Of a DNA stretch of 38,552 bases, positions 8,778 through 16,017 are shown piece by piece. The notes beneath the pieces are model-generated. The model was not told the DNA's origin, did no database searches, and was given only the letters and a program-made list of their open reading frames with translations. The stretch spans positions 62,001-100,552 of the forward strand of contig JAADIO010000016.1 in NCBI GenBank assembly GCA_013151235.1. The letters run 5' to 3'. Each line of letters opens with the position of its first letter. Position 1 is the first letter of the stretch. A program made the translations under genes and the position numbers. This stretch comes from Deltaproteobacteria bacterium. Its GTDB lineage: Bacteria; CG2-30-53-67.

Positions 8778-9073
8778 ATGAGGAGATGTCGATGAAGACC
8801 AATGCAATCAAGGCCGATGTCGTGCTGGACGCCTTCGGCCTGATCTGCCCGATGCCGATTGCCAAGACCTGTCAGGCGATCAAGAACATGGAGGTGGGAC
8901 AGGTGCTGGAAGTGATTGCCGATGATGAGGGGATCGTGGAGGATATGCCCAGCTGGTGCGACACAACAGGCAACGAATTCCTGGGCATTACCGAGGAGGA
9001 CGGTGAATTCCATGCCCTCGTTCGGAAGCGGGCCGATGAGAAGGAAAAGTGCGATCGTCCTCCCTGTAATTAG
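8774..9073 (+). CDS. tusA: TusA-family sulfur carrier protein
   Basis: LDAFGLICPMP (CPxP), GQVLEVIADD, DMPSWC. True start may be the ATG near 8792. Confidence 0.88.
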   Translation: MNEEMSMKTNAIKADVVLDAFGLICPMPIAKTCQAIKNMEVGQVLEVIADDEGIVEDMPSWCDTTGNEFLGITEEDGEFHALVRKRADEKEKCDRPPCN

Positions 9074-9110
9074 TTTGGAATGCCTTTAGGAGGAACGACC
9101 GGGAGAGTTG

Positions 9111-9443
9111 ATGGCCAATAAGAGAAGACATAAACGAAGAATCAATCGAAGTACGATCAAATTCGGAGAAGAGGTCTGCGACAAAACGGCCTTTACAAGT
9201 AATCTGACCCCTGAGGGTTTCTTCCTCCGGACCAATCGGGTCTATCCCCCCGGCAGGACCCTCCGCTTCGAGTTTCGCTCTCCTGCAGGGGAGATTGTGA
9301 ACGTTACGGGGAAGGTAGTCCATGCCACGCGTGTTCCCATCCATTTTGCCGGTTTGCGCAAGAACGGCATGGGGATTGAGATCGTTGGGGAGAATGAAGC
9401 CTACCGGAATCTCCTGGAGTCCCTGAAAATCGGCGGAAAGTAG
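9111..9443 (+). CDS. Stand-alone PilZ-domain protein
   Basis: KRRHKR (RxxxR), NLTPEGFF (D/NxSxxG-like), GKVVH, GMGIE. Confidence 0.82.
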   Translation: MANKRRHKRRINRSTIKFGEEVCDKTAFTSNLTPEGFFLRTNRVYPPGRTLRFEFRSPAGEIVNVTGKVVHATRVPIHFAGLRKNGMGIEIVGENEAYRNLLESLKIGGK

Positions 9444-9675
9444 TCTTTCAACCCGGAACTGTCGGAATCATAGCGGTTCCCCTGTTTCTGCATGCACTCC
9501 GTCATTCTTGCCTGATCCATAAAATCAGGTATTTAAAAAGCACGTATTTCTGCCTGTTTGTCATTCTTCCGTATAATTTAGATCATTTGCAAAAATAATG
9601 TGTGACTTTTGCCTTCCTCATTTCACTATACAGGTAAACAATGTGTTGGAACTCAATGGTTTCTGAGGGGGCGTC

Positions 9676-10038
9676 ATGAAATTTTCAGACAGGGTATTGA
9701 TTGAAGGGTTACGATCCAAAGATGAAAAAGCATTTTTGATTTTTTATGAAACCTTTTTTCCTCGGGTTTTTAACTATCTGAATGATTCTTTGGGGAAAAG
9801 GAAGAAAGCCGAAAAATTAACGGAGGCGGTCCTGACGGAAGTACTCCAGTCCCTGGATGAGAGACCCCGTCGGTTGACCCTGAACGAATGGTTCTTTCAG
9901 GTCACGCGGCGTCGTCTTGCGGAATACCGGTCGAAAAACGATTTTCATGCTGTTGACCGGATCCGTATCGGCGGTGAAGAGGTCGCCGACTTTTTCCGTT
10001 TTGAAGAGATGCTTTTACAGAGTGTTTCCCAAAGGTAG
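9676..10038 (+). CDS. ECF sigma factor region 2-only protein
   Basis: SDRVLIEGLRSKDEKAF..FYETFFPRVFNY...AEKLTEAVL...LNEWFFQVTRR. No region 4 HTH before the stop. Confidence 0.7.
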   Translation: MKFSDRVLIEGLRSKDEKAFLIFYETFFPRVFNYLNDSLGKRKKAEKLTEAVLTEVLQSLDERPRRLTLNEWFFQVTRRRLAEYRSKNDFHAVDRIRIGGEEVADFFRFEEMLLQSVSQR

Positions 10039-10060
10039 TATTAAGGGAGGTTGAGGATCC

Positions 10061-10285
10061 ATGGGAAAAAAGATGAACCGGAATGCTTGGATGTGCGATC
10101 CGAAAGTAAAAAGATTGCCCGACTGTTGCGAAGATCTGGACGAGTTCGAAAAATTCATTACTGCCGACCAGGCCCCCATCAAGGCCTCGCCGCAGTTCAA
10201 GAAAAACCTTCGGGAAAAACTCTGGTACATCCTGAAGAACAAGCACTATATCTTCTTTGCCTGCATGATGATTTTCTTCAGTTGA
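10061..10285 (+). CDS. Small hypothetical protein with C-terminal hydrophobic tail (possible anti-sigma or partner)
   Basis: GGAGG RBS. Three N-terminal Cys, ASPQFKKNLREKLW helix, hydrophobic YIFFACMMIFFS end. Confidence 0.6.
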   Translation: MGKKMNRNAWMCDPKVKRLPDCCEDLDEFEKFITADQAPIKASPQFKKNLREKLWYILKNKHYIFFACMMIFFS

Positions 10286-10344
10286 ACGGACCGGTTCCTC
10301 CTGCTCTCAAGGAGGAACCGGAGCCGGCGTTCTCCGTTGCCCTG

Positions 10345-11250
10345 TCAAGAGGGGGCAAAAAATGTGTACTCCCGGATAAAATCATAGAATGTCCTTGTTG
10401 CAAGGGAGAGATTTTCCTCCGCTCCACGGACCAGGAAGAAGTCTCTATGTAATTGTTTCCCGGAAGGGTTCAAGATCCGGAGGGTTCCCTCCCGCAATCC
10501 CGCTGCGGCGGACCATCTTGAGACGAAGGCGATCCCGATTCCGGATCTGACCATGCGGACAATAAGGCCGGGGCGGTCGAGAGTCATCAGGATCCTTATC
10601 TCGCCCGGTTCGATCCTGCGTTGATGGAAGAACCGGTCCGCGCAGCTTCGCATACCGGTCCCCACGGGGGGCAGGATGAAGGGTTGTGTGACCAAATCAC
10701 GGGAGGAGATCCGCTCTTCCCGGGCCAGCGGGTTTTCATCGGATGCGATGAGGACGATTTCATCCCGGGCCAGAAGGTCATAGCGGAGGGTGCGATGGGG
10801 GACCTGTCGATCCACGAAGCCGATATCGACCTTGCCGTCCAGCAGGTACCCGATGATTCGTTCCGTCCCGCCCGTTTGAAGGTGAAGGCTGACCTCCGGG
10901 TAGCTTAGGAGGAAGCGGTAGAGCACGGGTGTGAGGAGACTTCCTGCAATTGTCTGGTCGGCGCCGATCGGCAGGACACCCCGCACCTTCTCTGTTATCT
11001 GATCGACGGCCTCTTCCAGCTTCCGGAACTGGCCCAGGATCTTCCGGGCGTGTGCGTAAAAAACCCTTCCCGCCGATGTAGGAACGACGGACCTCCCCCT
11101 CCTGTTCAGCAGCCGGACCCCCATCTCCTCTTCCAGGTTCCGGATAAGATGGCTTACGGCGGACTGCGTGAGGAGTTGGGCTTCCGCCGCCTTCGAGAAG
11201 CTTCCGTGTTCCACGACCAGGCAGAAGGTCTGTAGCCGGTGATCATCCAT
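10345..11250 (-). CDS. LysR-family regulator (CysL-like)
   Basis: HTH GSFSKAAEAQLLTQSAVSHLIRNLE, 301 aa. Divergent from the tup operon. Confidence 0.92.
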   Translation of the reverse strand: MDDHRLQTFCLVVEHGSFSKAAEAQLLTQSAVSHLIRNLEEEMGVRLLNRRGRSVVPTSAGRVFYAHARKILGQFRKLEEAVDQITEKVRGVLPIGADQTIAGSLLTPVLYRFLLSYPEVSLHLQTGGTERIIGYLLDGKVDIGFVDRQVPHRTLRYDLLARDEIVLIASDENPLAREERISSRDLVTQPFILPPVGTGMRSCADRFFHQRRIEPGEIRILMTLDRPGLIVRMVRSGIGIAFVSRWSAAAGLREGTLRILNPSGKQLHRDFFLVRGAEENLSLATRTFYDFIREYTFFAPS

Positions 11251-11308
11251 AAGATTTCATGGTCCTTCGTTGACGTCCCTCTTGCCGCTGTCCTGGAAAA
11301 GGGAACAA

Positions 11309-11325
11309 GATGAACGGAATTCATC
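11309..11325. promoter_or_regulatory. Putative LysR binding site
   Basis: Inverted repeat GATGAA-CGGAA-TTCATC containing T-N11-A. A second ATGAATTCAT at 11337-11346. Confidence 0.55.
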
Positions 11326-11414
11326 CGGAAGGTGAGATGAATTCATTTGCTTTCCCGGTCTCTCCTATCATATATATCCCCATCTCGTTTTACAAAAGAA
11401 AAAAGGGGGGAGAG

Positions 11415-12206
11415 ATGGCAAAACCGGTCCGGATCATGATGGCGTCGACGAGCAGTGTCCAGAACTCGGGGCTGCTGGACCGCCTGATCCCCGCCTACGA
11501 GAAGGCCACCCCCTATCCTGTCCGCGTCGAGGTCCTGGCCGTCGGTACGGGGAAGGCCATCCGCCTGGCGAAACGGGGGAAGGCGGATCTTCTCCTGATC
11601 CATGACCCCTTCCGTGAAGAAAAGTTTGTCCGGGAGGGTTACGGGGTAAACCGGAGAGAGGTCATGCACAACGGGTTCGTGCTTCTCGGACCCGCGCGGG
11701 ACCCTGCCGGAGTACGGGAGGCGAAGAGCATCCGCGGGGCCTTCGAGAAGATCGCCCGGAGCCGTTCTCCCTTCGTCTCCCGCGGGGACGACTCGGGGAC
11801 GAACATGAAGGAGATGGACCTCTGGGAGGACTGCGGCATTCAGCCCGGGGGCAAGGGCTGGTACCTGGAGACGGGAGGGGGAATGGCGGAAACCCTCGCG
11901 GCCGCCGGCCGGGCCCGTGCCTACACCCTCTGTGACGAGGGAACCTATCTCAACCATAACAGCGGATCGGACCTGGAGATTCTGCATCGCGGAGATCCCT
12001 GCCTGGTCAACGTGTACAGTCTCGTGGTCGTTAACCCGGCCCGCTTCCCGGCCGTCCGCTACCGGGAGGCGATGGACTTCATCGCATTCTGTACCTCGCC
12101 GGAAGGCCGACATCTGATCGGAGCATACGTCAAGCACGGCTCCCGTCTCTTCGAACCTGAAGGGATGGACGCCCTGCCGCCTTTCCGGGAATCACCCCTT
12201 TCGTGA
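11415..12206 (+). CDS. TupA-like tungstate-binding protein without a signal peptide
   Basis: ASTSSVQNSGLL, VGTGKAI, FVSRGDDSGT. ATG at 11415 after a GGGGAGAG RBS starts directly at the mature domain. Confidence 0.85.
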   Translation: MAKPVRIMMASTSSVQNSGLLDRLIPAYEKATPYPVRVEVLAVGTGKAIRLAKRGKADLLLIHDPFREEKFVREGYGVNRREVMHNGFVLLGPARDPAGVREAKSIRGAFEKIARSRSPFVSRGDDSGTNMKEMDLWEDCGIQPGGKGWYLETGGGMAETLAAAGRARAYTLCDEGTYLNHNSGSDLEILHRGDPCLVNVYSLVVVNPARFPAVRYREAMDFIAFCTSPEGRHLIGAYVKHGSRLFEPEGMDALPPFRESPLS

Positions 12207-12219
12207 AGGAGGTTCGCCC

Positions 12220-13038
12220 ATGTCTCTTATGCGTCTTCTGCAGTGGTTCCTGGTCCTTTCGTTCCTCTTCCCGCCCGGCGTTTCCGCGGCCGTGCGGATC
12301 CGTTGTGCCTCGACGACAAGCACACAGAACTCGGGGCTTCTTGATTACCTGCTGCCGCTTTTCGAAAGGGAGAGCGGTATCCATGTCGATGTCGTGGCCG
12401 TCGGAACCGGGGCCGCCCTGGAGATCGGGAAAAGGGGGGATGCCGATGTGGTTCTCGTCCACGCGAAAGACCTGGAACTCAAGGCGCTGAAAGCGGGGTT
12501 CTTCGTCAAGCGCAGGGACGTTATGTACAACGATTTCGTGATCCTGGGACCTCCTGCCGACCCGGCCGGTATCCGTGGGGCGGCCACGGTTCCGAAGGCC
12601 TTTCGACTGATCGCTGCGAAGGGGGCTCCCTTTGTGTCGAGGGGGGACCGGTCGGGGACCCATCACCGGGAACTCTTCCTGTGGAAGAAAGCCGGGATCA
12701 GCCCGAAGGGGAGGCCCTGGTATATGGAGGTGGGGCAGGGGATGGCGAAGACGCTCCGGATCGCCTCGGAGAAGCAGGCTTACACATTGAGTGACCGGGG
12801 GACATGGCTTGCCGTGTCCGACCGTGACCGGCTTGCCCTTTCGATCCTTTACGAAGGGAGCCCTCTTCTCCGCAACCAGTATGGCGTCATGGCGGTCAAC
12901 CCTGCAAAACATCCCCATGTGAAATATCCGGAGGCCATGAAGCTGATCCGTTGGCTGACCTCCCCGGCGGGACAGAAGGCGATCGCCGCCTTCAAGGGGC
13001 CGGGTGGGCAGCAGCTCTTCTTCCCCGATGCCCGCTGA
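12220..13038 (+). CDS. tupA: Tungstate ABC transporter periplasmic binding protein
   Basis: Signal peptide (..GVSA-AVR), ASTTSTQNSGLL, VGTGAAL, MYNDF, SRGDRSGTH. Confidence 0.92.
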   Translation: MSLMRLLQWFLVLSFLFPPGVSAAVRIRCASTTSTQNSGLLDYLLPLFERESGIHVDVVAVGTGAALEIGKRGDADVVLVHAKDLELKALKAGFFVKRRDVMYNDFVILGPPADPAGIRGAATVPKAFRLIAAKGAPFVSRGDRSGTHHRELFLWKKAGISPKGRPWYMEVGQGMAKTLRIASEKQAYTLSDRGTWLAVSDRDRLALSILYEGSPLLRNQYGVMAVNPAKHPHVKYPEAMKLIRWLTSPAGQKAIAAFKGPGGQQLFFPDAR

Positions 13039-13073
13039 CCGGGCGGTGAGGAAGAGAAGGGAGAGGATGTGTG

Positions 13074-13769
13074 ATGGACGTTTTCCTGCAGGCCTTTGCG
13101 ATGATCCTCCAGCTCAAGCCGGAGCTGTTGCATATCATACTCCTTTCCCTCAGGGTATCCGGTCTTGCCCTCCTGGCGGCCACGCTTCTCGGGCTGCCCC
13201 TCGGTGCGGTTATGGGGATTGCCGTATTTCCAGGCCGGTCCCTTGCGATCACCCTGGCCAACACCTTTATGGGATTGCCTCCCGTTGTGGTCGGGCTTGT
13301 TCTCTATCTGCTCCTGTCCCGGAGCGGTTGCCTCGGTTTTCTCGGCCTGCTCTATACCCCTTCGGCCATGATCCTGGCCCAGACTATTCTCGCCCTGCCG
13401 ATCGTGGCTTCTCTCTGTCATTCGGCCATCGTCGGCGTAGATCCCCTGATCAGGCAGGCCGCTTCGACCCTCGGGGCGACCCCGTTGCAGCAGACGCTGA
13501 CCGTTGTGGGCGAGGCGCGCTACGGGATCCTCTCCGCGATCATTGCCGCCTTCGGCCGGGTGATGGCGGAGGTGGGGGCGATCCTGATCGTGGGTGGGAA
13601 CATCGCAGGTTATACCCGGGTGATGACGACGACGATTGCTTTGGAGACCGACCAGGGTGAATTTGAGCTGGCCCTGGCGCTGGGTATGGTCCTCCTTTCG
13701 ATCTCCCTTGTGATTAATCTCTTCCTGCATTACGTGCAGCAGCGCGGAAAGGTGCATTCCCCCCGATGA
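13074..13769 (+). CDS. tupB: Tungstate ABC transporter permease
   Basis: NTFMGLPPVVVGL, FGRVMAEVGA, GGNIAGYTRVMTTTIALE. Confidence 0.92.
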   Translation: MDVFLQAFAMILQLKPELLHIILLSLRVSGLALLAATLLGLPLGAVMGIAVFPGRSLAITLANTFMGLPPVVVGLVLYLLLSRSGCLGFLGLLYTPSAMILAQTILALPIVASLCHSAIVGVDPLIRQAASTLGATPLQQTLTVVGEARYGILSAIIAAFGRVMAEVGAILIVGGNIAGYTRVMTTTIALETDQGEFELALALGMVLLSISLVINLFLHYVQQRGKVHSPR

Positions 13770-14419
13770 AACTCACCTTCGGCATCGAGGATATTGCGAA
13801 ATCGTACCGGGGAATGCCGGTGCTGGCAGGCTGTTCCGCACGCTTCGACCGGCCCGGTGTTTACTGCCTGACGGGGCCGAACGGGAGCGGCAAGTCGACC
13901 CTTCTGCGCCTGTGCGCCCTGCTCGAAAGGCCGGACAGCGGCAGGGTCCGCTACCTTAATTCGGGGCATCTGTTGCCTGCGGACATATCCCTGATGCGGC
14001 GTATTACCCTGGTCCTGTCGAAGGTAGGCTTGTTCCGGGCCACGGTCGGCGGGAATGTCGCCTACGGGCTTAAGGTCCGGGGTGTTCCGTGGAGGGAGCG
14101 GAAGGAGCGGGTAAACAGGGTTCTCGCGCAGCTTGGCCTCTCCCACAAGGAGAAGGACCCGGTCTTCGCCCTTTCGAGCGGAGAGGCACAGCGGGTGGGG
14201 GTCGCCAGGGCACTGGTGCTCATGCCGGAAGTCCTGTTTCTCGATGAACCGACGGCCTTCGTAGACCGGGAGAGCAAGGGGATGATCGAGCGGACCATCA
14301 TGGACATGAAGGAGGAAGGGAAGTCGATCGTGGTCCTGGCCACCCATGACCGTTCCCAGGTGAAACGGCTGGCCGACCGGGTTTTCGTTATGGAGGATGG
14401 CAAGATTCTCGAAACTTGA
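13766..14419 (+). CDS. tupC: Tungstate ABC transporter ATP-binding protein
   Basis: Walker A GPNGSGKS, LSSGE signature, LFLDEPT. ATGA overlap with tupB. Confidence 0.9.
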   Translation: MKLTFGIEDIAKSYRGMPVLAGCSARFDRPGVYCLTGPNGSGKSTLLRLCALLERPDSGRVRYLNSGHLLPADISLMRRITLVLSKVGLFRATVGGNVAYGLKVRGVPWRERKERVNRVLAQLGLSHKEKDPVFALSSGEAQRVGVARALVLMPEVLFLDEPTAFVDRESKGMIERTIMDMKEEGKSIVVLATHDRSQVKRLADRVFVMEDGKILET

Positions 14420-14620
14420 TGAACTCGTAAAAAGTCATTTCCCGGATACCGTTCATGGTTCGACAGGCTTCCGAGCATGTGGTTCGGCAAGCTCACCATG
14501 CTCGGAAGCCGGTCGAACCACACGAACGGAATATCAATCACTTACACCGTTCGCCCTGAGCGTGTCGAAGGGTCGAACGGACTTTTTACGACTTCATCAA
14601 ACTTGATGAACTCGTAAAAA
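14416..14620. mobile_element. MITE-like element with 21-bp TIRs and nested REP hairpins, plus an extra orphan TIR
   Basis: TTGATGAACTCGTAAAAAGTC (14416-14436) and GACTTTTTACGACTTCATCAA (14580-14600) are 20/21 inverted. Internal 23-bp inverted repeat. Third TIR at 14603-14620. Homologous copy at ~36632-36785. Confidence 0.75.
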
Positions 14621-14651
14621 CAGGTTTTCTGCAGGCGAAAAGGAGGAGGAG

Positions 14652-15971
14652 ATGGGGAAAAGGATGTTTTGGAAGAAGGGATTGATCCTCTTGACGGGGG
14701 TCCTGATGGCGGGAGCGGTTCTCTTCCCCCGGCCGGTCTTTGCCCGCGGGTTCTTCAGCGGCGATACCGATACGGAGGAACTGATCCGGGTGCTGAAGGA
14801 GAAGGGGCTTCTGACGGATCAGGAGGTCGCCCGGATCAGGACACGGATTGAGCATGGGCGGAAGGCCGCTTCCCTGAAGATTCAGGGAAGGATCCAGGCC
14901 CGGTACACGAGTATAGAGGATCATGCCGGGACGACTGCGCAGGATGCGAACGGGTTCCGGCTCCAGCGGGTCCGGCTGATCTTCAGGGGGAATGTCGTGC
15001 CCCGTCTCGGCTATTTTATTCATCTGAATTTCGACCAGGGAACGGACGGCCACGTGTGGGATACCTACCTTCAGTACGATTTCGGTCCGGGAATCGGTCA
15101 TGTCCGCATCGGCCAGTTCAAGGTCCCCTTCGGCCGCCAGTGGCTGACATCATCCACGAAGTTCCTTTTCATGAACCGCAGCAATATCGGTGACAACCTC
15201 GGTTTCCGCCGGGATATCGGGATCATGTTTGAGCGTCACTCCGCTTACAACCAGGGTGCCTTCGCCCGGGAGAACATGAAGGAGCCGGTCTGGAATTATT
15301 CCGTCGGGATCTTCAACGGGAACCACAGGGCGAACGGCAACGGTTTCCTCTCCGGTTCCGACAGTTCCGCCCGGATCGGTAAGGGGAATGACAACGACCA
15401 GTATCTATACGTGGGCCGTCTCACCTGGACCCCCGTGAAAGGGGATCGGGGGCTCAAAAGGGTAAGCCTCGGCCTGAGCGCCGGATATCAGCGCAGCCCG
15501 ACGAACGGGGACAAGTTCGTTCTCGACGATTCGAAAAAGGCGGCCTTCGACGTCTCCTCGGGCGAACCCTGGAAGTTCTCCGATTACGAGGCGGCCTGGG
15601 GCGCGGACGGCCAGGTCATCATCGGGCCGGCCATCATCCAGGCCGAGTATATCCGTCGGAAGCTGAAGACCGACGATCTGCTTACCTTTGCCGACGGTGA
15701 CCGGGCCCGGTCGGTCACAGCCGACGGGTGGTATCTGCAGGGGGGGTATTACGTGATTCCCGGAAAACTTTCTCTGAACGCCCGTTACGAGACCTACGAC
15801 CCCAACCGTGCGGTCACCTCGCGAAATGATTACAGCCGTTATGCCCTGGGGTTCAACTATTACATCCGCAAGAACCGGTTCAAGCTCCAGGGAGATTACA
15901 CCTGGCAGGACGAGGCCGTGGAGGATCTGAGCAACAACTTCTGGGAGTTGCAGTTGCAGGCGCTGTTCTGA
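14652..15971 (+). CDS. Outer-membrane porin, OprO/OprP anion-selective-like
   Basis: Signal peptide, GRIQARY, FRLQRVRL, GQFKVPFG, RDIG, C-terminal QLQALF. Downstream of tupABC. Confidence 0.8.
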   Translation: MGKRMFWKKGLILLTGVLMAGAVLFPRPVFARGFFSGDTDTEELIRVLKEKGLLTDQEVARIRTRIEHGRKAASLKIQGRIQARYTSIEDHAGTTAQDANGFRLQRVRLIFRGNVVPRLGYFIHLNFDQGTDGHVWDTYLQYDFGPGIGHVRIGQFKVPFGRQWLTSSTKFLFMNRSNIGDNLGFRRDIGIMFERHSAYNQGAFARENMKEPVWNYSVGIFNGNHRANGNGFLSGSDSSARIGKGNDNDQYLYVGRLTWTPVKGDRGLKRVSLGLSAGYQRSPTNGDKFVLDDSKKAAFDVSSGEPWKFSDYEAAWGADGQVIIGPAIIQAEYIRRKLKTDDLLTFADGDRARSVTADGWYLQGGYYVIPGKLSLNARYETYDPNRAVTSRNDYSRYALGFNYYIRKNRFKLQGDYTWQDEAVEDLSNNFWELQLQALF

Positions 15972-15984
15972 AAGGCCTCTTAGG

Positions 15985-16006
15985 CAAAGGGGGGTAGGGG
16001 GGATTT
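15985..16006. repeat. Partial copy of the AAAGGGGGG-N-AGGGGGGATT repeat family
   Basis: CAAAGGGGGGTAGGGGGGATT matches 32363-32384 and ~37674-37695. Confidence 0.55.
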
Positions 16007-16017
16007 GAACTGAGACA

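Noticed and set aside
6648..9073. Selenocysteine recoding in the sulfur-relay genes
   Set aside because: All active-site positions are normal Cys codons and no in-frame TGA interrupts a domain.
10051..10452. 133-aa ORF as a frameshifted sigma region 4
   Set aside because: No HTH similarity, it overlaps the LysR 3' end, and the 10061 ORF has the RBS.
11310..11414. N-terminal extension of the first TupA as a signal peptide
   Set aside because: Proline-rich with basic residues after, not before, the hydrophobic part. It overlaps the putative LysR sites, and the RBS favours ATG 11415.
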